A stretch of 60,961 bases of DNA, filler included, from Sphacelaria rigidula (taxonomy: Eukaryota): NCBI GenBank assembly GCA_964200075.2. It is 8 parts of 8 records of this genome, joined end to end, with 100 filler letters (N's around TTAATTAATTAA, not from the genome) between each part and the next. Parts side by side here need not be neighbours in the genome. Positions count along the whole stretch, not along the records: positions 1 to 7,534 come from CAXNAA020014463.1; positions 7,635 to 15,167 come from CAXNAA020014464.1; 6 more parts are not named here. One strand, 5' to 3'. The notes beneath the pieces were generated by a model that saw only the letters and a list, made by a program, of their open reading frames with translations, made no database searches and was not told the DNA's origin. The first letter of the stretch is position 1. Every line of letters begins with the position of its first letter. Both the position numbers and the translations under genes were made by a program. Positions 1 to 11,900 of this stretch are shown here, piece by piece.

Positions 1-279
1 GCGACTGCGCGGGGGCAGGGGGAGCTACGAGGGCGGGGGCGGGGGGGAGGGCCGCGGCGGCGAGCGGCGGGCAGTACTCGTGTTGGGTATGTATTTATTT
101 AACTTTACAGTGGTAGACCGTTGCCCAAGCTACAGCAGCAGACATTCTCGGAGGGGTTAGCTCAATAGCTAGCTCAGAGTAGATGTGTGCAATAGTTTGT
201 GTGCAGAGGGGGTTTTCATGTATCTCCCCCGCCCCCAACGTCTTGCAGGGATGAACGGCTGCAGTTGAGCTGTTATCCA

Positions 280-480
280 GTTGCAAGATAGCCAGTACGC
301 TTCGGACCGAACAATCCGATTAGGATGCAGTTCACCCTTCGTGTGACTCGCCGAACACATCACGGTGCTTCGCGCTTGGTAACTGCGAGCTTGTTCCGGC
401 GAAAACCCGGCGTGCTCCGTCCTGGCTTTGGAGGGATGCGATGGTCTCGTGACTACGGCATGCAATATCATGAGTACACC
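280..480 (+). repeat. Dispersed repeat family of unknown class (other copies ~6700-6880 -, 7430-7500 -, 28860-29320 +, 45650-45697 -, 53575-54060 +)
   Basis: Shared gcaagata..cagtacgcttcgg.ccgaacaatc...tgactacggcatgcaa.atcatgagta on several independent contigs. Confidence 0.7.
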
Positions 481-869
481 TCTCCCCTCGCCTCCTCTGC
501 TTTCCCCTAGAGCCGTATGTTCGACACACTTCCGCCGTTGATGTGTCACTGGTTCCTGGTTTATGCTTCAGCTGCGGTTTGCCAAAGTCGGGGACTTTTT
601 GATTGTATATGTGGTATGGTGCGTACAACTAATATTTTCTATTCACGACAAAAGAGCGCCCAACATGATACGATGAGACGGTGTTGACGTACGCGTGTGT
701 GTCTTGTATGTGTATTTTCCTACCAGGTCATATATCTCTCCCTCTTCCTCTCTCCCTCTGCCTGGTTCTCTCCCTTTGTCCACCGAACGTGGCCGCTCTG
801 ATGTCGATGAAACATGGGGATTTTGTCATGTCTACACGCGACTACTGATGCACGTGGACTATTTTCCAG

Positions 870-938
870 GCACAGGAGATTGAAGTTGACCTGGATGATC
901 CCTCTACTCAGCCGAAGGCGGAAGAGAAGCCGCAGCAG
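870..938 (+). CDS. POLR3E: RNA polymerase III subunit RPC5 (POLR3E), internal exon
   Basis: ttttccAG|GCACAG...CAGCAG|GTATGT; 69 nt, phase 0, encodes AQEIEVDLDDPSTQPKAEEKPQQ and joins in frame to the 5151 exon (...KPQQ|VSFKKKESE). Confidence 0.6.
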
Positions 939-1766
939 GTATGTAGATGAAGTATTACCCGCAATGTCTGAGAGATACTCCTACCGTAGAGGAATGTTGG
1001 CCGTGGATGCTTAGTCGGTGTTTGCCTGACGACCTCCTTCTGAGTTATTCTTCCCAGACACGTGCGCGCGTAGTATACGTGCACACGCAGCGTGTAATAT
1101 ACTAATACTAACATATATAGCAATTACTTTTTAACTCAAACAGCTTCCCTGCAGACAGGTGTTATTTTGCTGCATATCTTCAACTGATTTCGGGGTACAT
1201 GTCTTTCGGGGCCACTTCGTCCTCTGAAGCTCTGAGAAGCCAGCATTTCTTCTTTACTTGATTTTAGAATACATTTTTTCGATGTATCTCGCTGGACATC
1301 GCGATGCGTTCCGGTTCTGCTTCGGTTTGGAGTGCATGCGCTTTCCGCACTTTGTTCTGCATGGCGTGTTTACGTTGCGATGCGCTCCGTTTGATGCATT
1401 CCCTCTCTGGACGTCTCGGTAGACCCCTTGCCCTTCGGAGATGCCACCTCTCTACCGCACAACAGCCACATTCAGTAGTGGAACCGGCATCGTTTTTACT
1501 CGAAAATTGAAGCGGCATCATCAGCTCAGTTGAATCGGAACTGTACCAAATGGCAGAGTGCCATCGCTCTCCGTTTGAATATAGGGGCACACGTCGAGCA
1601 TGATGTGATCTTCCCCGCATGTCGCATCGTCTCGACTGTACTTCCCTTTTACTGTCTCTGGACTGCTGTCGTAGCTGCTGCTGCTACTATTCTACCGTAC
1701 ATGCGATTTTTTCATCATAAAGCGCTGAAAACAACGGCTTCTTTTGTTTCAGATTTGAGTCCGCAG

Positions 1767-2052
1767 CCGGTCGCCCCGGTGGCTCAGTTGGTAACCTCGA
1801 AACCGTATGACGGTTGGGTTGTGGGTTCGAATCTCAGTGCAGTCACACGATCTGGGATTTCATCTCACACCATGCCCAACAGTGGAGGGCGACTATGTCG
1901 TGGGTGATGAAAATTCGACTTCACGGTCGACGGGGGAAAGGCACCGCCGAACCTTTCTCGCGATAAATAGTAAGGCAAGAACCGCAGAAGGTGGAAAACT
2001 AAAACAAATAAATGGATAAAAAGTCCTGTGTTGGCCTTCCTCCGGTGTGACA
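1767..2052 (+). mobile_element. tRNA-derived SINE, 3'-truncated copy
   Basis: A box TGGCTCAGTTGG (1780), B box GGTTCGAATC (1824); body colinear with the 55623 copy. Confidence 0.7.
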
Positions 2053-2592
2053 CGTATAACGCACACAACGATCACTGGTTTGATCGGGTCTCACTCACAA
2101 ATCATCGTTTCTCATTGAATGCTGAACAGACTTGTGCAGGTCACGCACAGTTCAGCTCATGAGCAGCTCCGGATCAAGCTGTGTGTGCTTTGGTCTGCAG
2201 GGCCAATGAGTGCCCCGCGTTCGCTCAAGCTGTGTGTTTTCGGTTTGCGGGGGCAATGAGTTCGCCGCGTTCACCTCTGATTGTCCTGGGTTGTTTGTCG
2301 TGTGTCAAGCCTTTGCATGAGCCTCTATAAACGGGACATCTATGTTCCTCTTCCGGCTAGAAACGAGGCAAAAGTATTCATTTTTGGAATCAGCATCATT
2401 TTCACTCAAAATTAGGATCGGCATCATGTTCAGCTGAGAATCAGAAAATGTATGAAATAGCGGCGTGCCGTCTTTCTCCACTGAATGCTCGAGGCGGGGT
2501 TGGCACGCTTCGAGCGCGTTATGATCTTGCATGCATATCGCATCGTCTCGACTTCACCTTTTTTTTTTTTCTGTCTCTGGACTGCTGCTGTA

Positions 2593-2627
<35 letters not shown>

Positions 2628-5150
2628 GGACAGTACTCCACAGTACATGCGATTTGTTTTTCATGAGCCACTGAAAATAACGGTATCTTCTATTTAAATC
2701 CTTCGACGGCCGGGGGAAGTCATCTGGAGCACGCACTCATTTTTCAAGTGCAAGTGATGCCGATTCAACAGAAAACCCACCATTGTGGTCAAATGGGGGA
2801 ATTCGAGCCACTATTCATTCCAAAATTAAGTTGGCATCAACTTCAGTTGAAAAAGAAATGCACGGCCCAAATGACAATCATTGCGGTCTGGGACCACGAG
2901 GTTCTCGGAGGTGATCATGCCAAGCCGAGGAAGGACACGGTGAAGGGGCCAGCAGAAGCTGATATTTCCCCAGCAGCTTGGGCTGTGTACTTCTGGTTCG
3001 CGGCGGCAGTCCATTTCCTCAGCTTGACCTTTGATTGTGATGGGTTGTGTTGAGCCTTAGTACGTACCCCCGCCACCCCATGTCCCTCTTCGGGCTGAAA
3101 ACGAAGAAAAAAAGAAGTCATTTGTGGAATCGGCATCGACTCAACATGAAAATCGAACCGGCTTCATGCTCATATGACGATCATGGGACACGACAAAAAT
3201 TGTGCCGCCGCACTTCATCAACTCTTTAACGGCGAGAGTAGGTCATCTGTTAAAACTGCATCGATTTCACTCAATAGAAGTATGCATGATCCAGATGGAC
3301 TACCCTGGCGGCCGAGGGATCAAATGTAGTCTCCCTCTTGAGGCAGGGCGTGTACCCCTGGAGCATGTTTTGATTTTTTACACGCATGCCCTATCGTCTC
3401 ATCTGTACTTCCTTTCCCTCTGCGCTGCTGTCGCCGCCGCCGCTGTTGCTACTGTACGGTACACATGCTAATCCTGTTCGTCAGGCCCAGCCGTATGCAG
3501 CGGTTCAGTGTGTATTGCTCCGGAGTATTAGTTGTCACGTCAGCACGATCTCCTGTACACGCAGTCACAGACGTACGCCCGTCTTTCCCAATACCGTCCC
3601 TGTTATTCCTAGTTCTCGTCGTTTCTTCTGAGACTCGAGAACCCCCTCCCCCCCAAATAAGACCAACTAAAAGCAAGGAGGCAGACGTCAAGAATGAAGG
3701 AGATAAAAAATAGCCTCCCCTCGGCTTCGTCGGGGTGAGGTGAAAACAAACCCTTCAGAGGCACTTTTTCGAATTTGAAGCGGGACCAGATCAACAAATG
3801 CTGACCCTTCATGTGGGTGGTGGACGTGCGTTTCGCACAATAATCATCGTTTCTCATCGAATTATGAAAAGCATCGCGCAAGGCTTCGAACAGCGTGCTT
3901 AGCCCATAAGCTGCTACGGGTTTTGCCAAACTGTGCCATGTACCATTACGCAACGCACATTAGTATCACCGGTGCCCATGTATCTTGACTGTCAATCCAT
4001 GGAGCGCGGTGGCGATAGCCGCTGAATTTTCGTGTGTATATATATATACAAGCCGCACGGGACCCGGGGCTTCGCCCCGGTCCCGTCCGTCTTTTTCGAG
4101 ATTCTCGGTATTCTTGCCTCGCCAAGCCCTCGTGAGAATAGATCCTCTCTCAAGATGTTCATGCCCGCCGGAAACATCGCAGGACCACCGCGATCGCGCG
4201 TCCGTTTGAATGGTCGCGAACGCATGTGTACCCTCGCACAAAGTGTAGCACAAATTCGCGTACCGGGCCCCTAGCATTGGCATTGGCCCGAACAGTCATC
4301 TGCCGGGGCCGGTGCGGAGAAACTTGCGCATTAAAATCAGCTTTACATCTCGTGGACGCCTCAGAACGAAGTATGCTTGACGCTCGTAAGTTCGAAATAT
4401 TCTGTATATATACTATATATGTACATTGTTCAAGTTTTTGGGGCGCAATTGCTGTCGCAAAGAATTGGCTGACGATATGTGTTTGCATATTTGCGTCCAT
4501 TCGTGGGAGTGTGCGGGGGGCTGCAAGGTGCTCTCGTCCGCCTGTTCAGGGTTGGGGGCGTACTCATTTGTTGCGTACCTTAGTCGTTTAACCATCGATC
4601 ACGCATCGCTTCTGAGACGGAGCACCGTTCCTACTCCTGATAGAGACACCTCTGACATTTGGGCCCTCATTAGGTTTCACCAATATATTCCACAGAATCT
4701 TTTACATATCTTACCCCGTTCCTGTTTCGCCTTGTGTGGCCATCCTTTATCTCGTAGTACGTATAGCCATCGGTTCTCCCCACTGCCTTGAGGTTTGAGG
4801 GGGGAGGAGGGACGAGGTCCGTGCATCAAGAGCAATCGGGGGGACAACGGGTTGAGACTCATACCGCACTCTTGAGTTCTTCATAATGTATGTAGAAGGA
4901 CGGGCATTACGACTTCGATGTCTGTCTCGTCTCTTGGTTCGCCTGTGCTATTCGCGGCAGTTGTCTTATCTTCGGCTACATATGCACCTCTCGACTGTGC
5001 CTGGTCTCTCTGCCCTTGTGTCCCTGCATGCCCCCACCCACAAAACACACACACACACACGGACACGCGCGTGTGCGTGCGTGCGTGCATGCATGCAACA
5101 ACACAACACTGGTATTGACAGATGGGTGCCGCTATTTTCTATTGTCCAAG

Positions 5151-5470
5151 GTTTCCTTCAAGAAAAAAGAGAGCGAGCGAGCCACAGCGGCGCGGAAGTC
5201 AAGCTACGCCTACAAGAAGGCTCAAGAGGAAGCAGAGCCCTGGATACCTCTCCAGGTGTACGACCAGAATGACCAGCAGTCCCTCGACGAGTTTTCCAAG
5301 ATGTTCTTCGACCCGAACGACCACCATGGTGATGATCAACCCCAAGATCCCTCTCGAGGCGGTGCCACGGACAAGACTTTCCCGCCGCCCGAGCGCTATC
5401 TGCAAGGACTCGACTACATGGAGGAGTACGACGAAAACGGAGAATCTTATTCGGCGGGCCGCAGGGGCGG
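5151..5470 (+). CDS. POLR3E: RNA polymerase III subunit RPC5 (POLR3E, Sin-like), internal exon
   Basis: ccaAG| acceptor and |GTGAGA donor; VSFKKKESERATAARKSSYAYKKAQEEAEPWIPL matches the RPC5 motif V.F...ESE.....R..SY.Y.....E.EPW..L (recognised from memory, not searched). Confidence 0.7.
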
Positions 5471-5500
5471 GTGAGAGTGTAAGGCATATTTACATGAGAG

Positions 5501-5547
<47 letters not shown>

Positions 5548-5586
5548 GTTTCAGCTTTTGGCTTTTTGGCGCCGCGCCCGGTGTTC

Positions 5587-6236
5587 TGAATTAAGATGAG
5601 ACAACTGACACCAAACAGGGCAAGAGATTGCGGGTTCATACCTGGCAGGTGTGGGTACGTTGCTTTCTCCTGGGAAGTAACAGGGGAATCTCAAGAATGG
5701 GGATATATATATATGTATATATATATATACAAAAGAGTCGTATACGATAAGAAGACCGACGAAGGGATTTGAACCCTTACTATCTCTGCGAAACGCGAGC
5801 GAGACGCAGAGTGCTCTTTCCAGTTAAGCTACGTCGGTAGCGTTGAGTGGACAGGACAGGGCTTGAGTGAGCTTGACGGACAGAGTGGAGGTGAAGAGAT
5901 GTTGTGAGCTGAGGTGGGGATGATCTGCGATCTCTCCATGCAGCTCATCTCAGACAACAGGACATGGATCAAAGGACCATGTACCGACAGACATTGGCCT
6001 AGAGTTCAGTTCAACATGTAGATCACCTTGGGTTTGGTGTGTACAACGTTCTGTGACTCTTGGGCATATTCGGTCTGATGTTGTCCCGATATTCCGAGAC
6101 AAACAGACCATCCTCCAAAGATCTAGCGGACGTCTGAGGAACCTTTCTCAGTGCTAGAACGTTCCCATGAATAGAACCAATAAAAGGTTCTTGGACAGAA
6201 CTCTAAGGTATGTTGGGTTCTCATAAGTGTGATTCA
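5587..6236 (-). mobile_element. Putative solo-LTR-like segment containing the tRNA-like gene
   Basis: Ends TGAAT...ATTCA (5-bp inverted TG...CA termini); TA tract at ~5703-5729. No TSD visible. Confidence 0.3.
5754..5838 (-). ncRNA. tRNA-like cloverleaf / Pol III type-2 gene with abnormal anticodon arm
   Basis: Minus strand reads ACCGACG TA GCTT AACTGGAAA GAGC A CTCTG CGTCTCGCTCGCGTTTCG CAGAG ATAGT AAGGG TTCAAAT CCCTT CGTCGGT C. It has a perfect 7-bp acceptor stem, D arm, T arm, A and B boxes and TTTT ~20 nt downstream. The anticodon loop is 18 nt without U33, so no anticodon can be assigned. Confidence 0.8.
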
Positions 6237-7534
6237 CATATATATATATATATATATAAATATATATATTACGGGAACGAAAAATATCGATTGTTTCCAG
6301 AATTGTGGGAAATGAGAAATGGGAAATGCGGGAAACATTCCATGATGTTCGGAAATTGGTGGAAGTGATGTTCCACAAGGTCTCCTCCGGGGGTACTTTT
6401 GTTTATTTTCGATGATGATCGGATGTGTGGGATGATGACCCCTCAAAGGCAACTTCGTAGGAACCGGAGGTTGAAAAAAGCTGTTTGGGGGAGCCAGCCA
6501 TGGTTATGGTCGAAGGTGTTTTCGAGGGGGTGGTGTCATTTTCCACAGTTTCCGAAGACCATCGAAGAAAAAAAAAAAAATCGTTCGCATGAAAAAAAAT
6601 CGTTCCCATTTTTATGTAGGATCCCCTGTGGAGCATCTACTTTATGCCGTTGAGAGCGCGAGAATGTGAGCGGCGAGGCACAAATCATGTGTATACGACG
6701 AGATTCAACGCGGTGCGAGGGTGCTCATCCACCTTTCGAAACCACCATGTTGGGCGTGTGCCGGAGTGTACTCATGATCTTGCATGCCGTAGTCATAAGA
6801 CCACTGAACTCGCATCCCTACAAAGCCGGGACGGAGCATTTTCGCCGAACAAGGCTCGTACACACCGGACTCGTAACCTAGGAAGGGGAGGGAACGGGTC
6901 GAATATGCAATCTTTGAAGAAAAAAGAAGAACAGGGAAATTTCCGATGCGTAGAAATTTCCGATGCGTAGTAAATGGAACGGGTATTGGACTTTTGTTAT
7001 CGCTTTCTCCAGAGAGGTGGGGCGGAGGGGCCAGTTGCTTTTTTTTGCTTTTTTTTTTTTTGTCGTTGTTGCATACGTTCGCTCAGGCTCTCCTTGTCCT
7101 CCTCCTCAGGACGAGTCCGCGATGTCAAGAGAGCTACCCGTCTCTCTCCCTGGTACACGCCTTGCAGTTTGGTATCGCAGGTTGGATCATGACGAACACT
7201 CCCGCATGGCGTCGACTGCCGTCAGATGTGCTCTTGTTGCTATTAATAAATATGTCTCTATGTGACGTTTCCAACGACGGACATCCGATACATTGAAAAA
7301 AACCAAGTGCATTCGTCTGCTGGGAAGCGAACTGGCAAATGTTCCGACCTATTAATCAAGAGTGTTTTTCAGGTGTACCATTAGACCACGCTGTTGCGCT
7401 GTGCTTCCATGATTCGTCGCATATAGGTGTGGAGTATGCACTCATGATTCTGCGTGTCGTGGTCATGGGACCATTGACCTTGCATTCGTTCGAAAGCCGG
7501 GACGAAGAAGTGTAGACTTCGGCGCGCGCGAGAG

Positions 7535-7634
7535 NNNNNNNNNNNNNNNNNNNNNNNNNNNNNNNNNNNNNNNNNNNNTTAATTAATTAANNNNNNNNNN
7601 NNNNNNNNNNNNNNNNNNNNNNNNNNNNNNNNNN
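7535..7634. other. Artificial contig linker (also 15168-15267, 22801-22900, 30434-30533, 38066-38165, 45698-45797, 53330-53429)
   Basis: 100-bp N-TTAATTAATTAA-N (stops in all six frames); the contigs are 7534, 7533, 7533, 7533, 7532, 7532, 7532 and 7532 bp. Confidence 0.97.
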
Positions 7635-8061
7635 CCTCAGTGGCCAGCTATTATTGCAGAAAGCATGTTGGGCCTCGTGGAAGTCCATTTCGGAACTGAA
7701 ACGATTAATTCACTGATTGACCGCTTTCACTCTCAATCGTATCATCTACTACTCTCAATCTCACGAAAACACTGTTAGTCGCAGAAAAACGGTTAGTCGG
7801 ATTTTTACCCGTAGCAGAAATCAAATTCACTTCGTGAAAATGGAATTATACCTGCGCAGTATTTATATATTTATATGTGTACAGTATATTATATATTCTG
7901 AGGCTTTTCACGTTACGTGTACCAGCAGACGTGTCACGTGATCACGCGTTTCCTCTTACATGAGTGACTAGTGTAGATCGTGATCTTCTGCGTGTTTTCG
8001 GTTGGGTGACTTGTTTCTCACAACTCATTTTCCAATATCTCACCAGTGAGTTATAGCAGCA

Positions 8062-8502
8062 TGTGACGGTTCGAGAGACAACGAACTAGACTACTGACCA
8101 GTCAGCAAGTTAGTCGTGGGGGTTTGGTCCCCGTCACTTGCACTCCGAGGAGGGCGACGCCCCTTGCCAGCGCTCTATCGACTGCAATCAGGACCTCTAA
8201 TGTTGTCACTCTCACCNNNNNNNNNNACCGTACCCTGGAGTTACTCGTCTCCCCCACTCATTTCCAGAGTGTGTGACTGGGTCCTTAGCAGTACACTCCA
8301 AACATACCCCACCCATTTTCTTTGGGCCAATGTTTTACACAAATTTTCTCTCCTTTTTTTCGTCAAAGAAAGTGCGTCCGACGGGAATCGAATCAGCTAC
8401 CAACTTTTGTGACGGTCTGTAAGAGACAACCAACTAGACTACTGACCAGTCAGCGCTGCCTGGTCAGTAGTCTGCTAGTTGGTGGTCTCTTAAACCGTCA
8501 CA
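8062..8502. mobile_element. Non-autonomous TIR element (TGT...ACA termini, 4-bp TSD AGCA; Ginger-like or solo-LTR-like)
   Basis: AGCA|TGTGACGGTTCGAGAGACAACGAACTAGACTACTGACCA ... TGGTCAGTAGTCTGCTAGTTGGTGGTCTCTTAAACCGTCACA|AGCA; ~40-bp imperfect TIR; third TIR copy at ~8408. Confidence 0.7.
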
Positions 8503-8972
8503 AGCATCACTCAGCGGTGTCCATTCTGGCCTGGTGAGTTATAAACTTCAACTCAGCGATGCACAATCTGGCCTGGTGAGTCATAAACTATAACTCAATT
8601 ATGCACATTTTGGCCGGGTGGGTTATAAACTTTAACTCAATGCATATCTCGGGCAGGTAAGTTATAAACTATGATTCAGTTATATGCACATCCCGGCCGG
8701 GTGAATTATAAACTACAACTCAGTTATGCATATCTTGGTCAAGTGAGTTGTACAGCATAACTCAGCGGTGCACATTCTGGCCGGGTGAGTTATAGAAGAT
8801 GACTCATCGATGCATAGCTTGGTCAAGCGAGTTGGACAGTATAACTCAGCGGTCCATATTCTGGCAGGGTGTTATGCTGTATGACTCAGCGGTGCACATT
8901 AGGACCAGCTGAGTTATACAGCACAACTCAGCGATGCACATTCTGGCCGGGTGAGCTGTACAGCATAACGGA
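8503..8972. repeat. ~42-bp tandem array of palindromic hairpins (~12 units, counting the one split at 8047)
   Basis: Consensus TGAGTTATA-AAC-TATAACTCA-GCGATGCACATTCTGGCCGGG, recurring at about 8535, 8577, 8618, 8658, 8702, 8744, 8786, 8828, 8868, 8910 and 8952. Confidence 0.9.
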
Positions 8973-11900
8973 GTTTACTCATGAGTTGTCCGACGTGTGC
9001 TACCTTAGCTACAAGAATCGGCGTGAACATTTGCTGATGAGGGAATTTGGGTCGAGCGCGTCCAGCCTGTAACCAAAGCTGAAGAGAAATGTGCCGAGAA
9101 TTCGCGAACACGCGAATAGTAATAATATCATGTTGAGGACCGAAACCCGCATGGGTATGATAGTATGATCCGTATACAGACGCAAGCTCGGGTTCCGAAA
9201 GGAAGGTTTCATCGGTTAGACTCCGAAACAACCTGGGCGGGGAGATGAGTGCTCTGCCTTCGTGTCCACCTGTACACCGAACCAACGATCATTCCTTCAG
9301 GGCAGATCCTGAAAGCATGGGGAAGTGGAGCGCAACCGCCACGTAGGTCAAACGCGCTGTACAAAGCTAAAAATAACGCAGCACACGGCAAGGGTTCTCT
9401 CCTGTCTCCTGGAGGTTAAAAATAAAATAAGATAATGTTCATGTTCTCTTTTGTGAGTCGTGATAACAATTCATCCTGACGGCAATAAGCTCCATCAGGA
9501 AGGACAACAACACTACGTACACTACACGCGATGTAATGCGCGCACTTCTGCGTGGTTATAAGACAACCTACATGTACACGTATATCCAATCATATCAATA
9601 CCCAAAACAACTATCGCAATATCGGACGTCCCTCTGAACACGCTCGCCAAAGCCGCACCCACCCTCTAGCCTTCTCATGTAACCACGAAACGCATGCTAG
9701 AATCAAATTCACACTTCATCGTCGATCACGTGTGTACACATCTTCCGTAAAGTAAGCCCGCTCTCTGCTTGGGATGCGACAGGAGCCAGATCAGGATGCT
9801 ACAATTGGACAACAGGTGACATCAACATTGCTAGCAGATTAGACGGGCTCCTCACACAGGGAACAGGGTTCCGATAAGAACAACGTGGGTGGGCGTGGAT
9901 GATGTGCGGCGCAAGATACAACGAATGACAAAACCCCGTCAAAACGTGCGCAACCAAGCCGCTCTCTCTTCCCCGTGATCTCCCCAGACCCCGCGAACGG
10001 GGATATCCTCCCACTTTACCTCATAACCCCTTTCTCAGACTGTACAAAAAGAAGCAGGGGTGCTCTTCACGAACCTTCCACGTCCGGCATTACTGTAAAA
10101 ATTGCTCAGCTAATGCGTTCGCGGGGGGGATTCATCGCAAAATTTTGAATATTTTCATCAACAACACGACAGAAGACGATCAGGGTGACATACCCGCCTC
10201 GCGAAGCGTGAATCTAGCTTAACTACAACGCGCAAGAGCAGCACAGCTGAAATTCACGACACCAACCCTCCATCCGTCCTAACTACCACTTGTGAGGCAG
10301 TAGACCCCCCTCTGGGATAACGCACTCTATTAATGTATTCGTGTGGACGCACGCCAGCAGGTCAGCGTTCACCTGTGCGGCGGGTACATACGTAAACGGA
10401 TCTACTTCAGCGTTTGGGTATATAAATAAAACACAGCACGACGGCATCCTCTCGATGCTCCCGGCTTTTCAACAATGAAGACATTACCAAGCGAAAAGGA
10501 GAGCACGTGTGCGTGCCTCAAATGTTCAGAACAGATAGGCATGAGTACAGATCACAATTGGCGTGTACTCATCACCTCAACACTTGGGAACCAGATGCGC
10601 AGAATGCACTGTGAAAATAAAAACAGATGCCCGTCAGCACGGACAGCAACAAAAAAAAAAGGAAATAAAATAAAATTAAAAGCGATCAATCTCCAACAGA
10701 AAAAACAAACACTACAACGAAACAAAAATATAACTTGACACACAAGGGCAGGCCACAAAAGGTCAACCACAACGACGCACTTTAATACATGCTACACAGA
10801 ACACCATCACAAACGCGCACGAAACACACGCCAGGGCACACAACTACTTCGAATGTATTCGTACTGATCACACGCACACGCACACGCACACCCACACCCA
10901 CACCCACACCAAGAATCTGTACTGGCATCATACATCGCAAGGGTTGTTGTACCATACACAACAAGTGGCAAACCCGAGGGGCGGGCCAGGTGGGAATCTG
11001 AACACAAAAGAAGCAATCCTCCCCCCCCCCTATCCCCCCCCCCGTTCCTAATACCGGCTCAGAATCTTGGCGGTGGTCGTCGAAAATGCCCTTTAGTACT
11101 TCGCGGGGCCGATGCGGCATCCTGACCACTTGATCTTACCCACGCTGCTGCTCCGCTGTACCCGACCCAAGAGCTCGGATGTGTCGACATGCCCCCGTTT
11201 CCACCCTCTGCTCTCCTCCCCACCCCTCCAGTACTGCTGTCCGGGGTCGGTACCCGATATTCCCCCACCCCCCCCCCCCTCCCGCAGGCCCTGTGCTCAT
11301 GTGGGTCCTCGGGAAATGGCGACCGCTGCTGTTGACCTCCCCGTCGGCGACCCACTCTGACGCTACCTCATCACCTGATGAAATTTCGGTACCGCTTGAC
11401 GCCATAGGTGCGACGGGGTTTTCGCCGCTGACGTAAGGCCAGCCGCGATTCATCCGGGACCCTGACCCGGCGAATATGGGGTTAACGATGCTCTTGCGCT
11501 CAGAGTTGGGAGGCACACGGACCGGGGGCGGTAAGCTCACATGGGACCTGTCTACGTCCTCTTGACCCATGTCTTCTTCTACGTCTGCTCCTGTGTGGTC
11601 CAAGCCTGGGTTGAGGAGCACAAACGGCGCCATGAACCTGTCGCGCTGCGTGCATAATGCCGAATACCCTGGAATATGACAGGGAAACATGGAAAAGATT
11701 GGAGGGCGTTAGGAAACGAAAGGTGCAAATGGATCAAGATCCTATGCGGAAACGCACGAGGGCAGGCATGGAAAATGGTCACAAGGAGCGTGGGGACGAC
11801 CCCGAAAAAGTTGCACTGCTGTTGGGACGCGCTTCGACGGGGGAGTCCGGGACCGGTGGAATGAGCGATGAAAATCACCTCGGACCGGATCATACCAGCA

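Noticed and set aside
1767-1840. Functional tRNA gene
   Set aside because: A and B boxes are present, but there is no closing acceptor stem and it continues into a repeated body, so it is a SINE head.
8503-8972. CRISPR array
   Set aside because: The linkers are homologous to each other, the repeats are degenerate, no cas genes are present and the context is eukaryotic.
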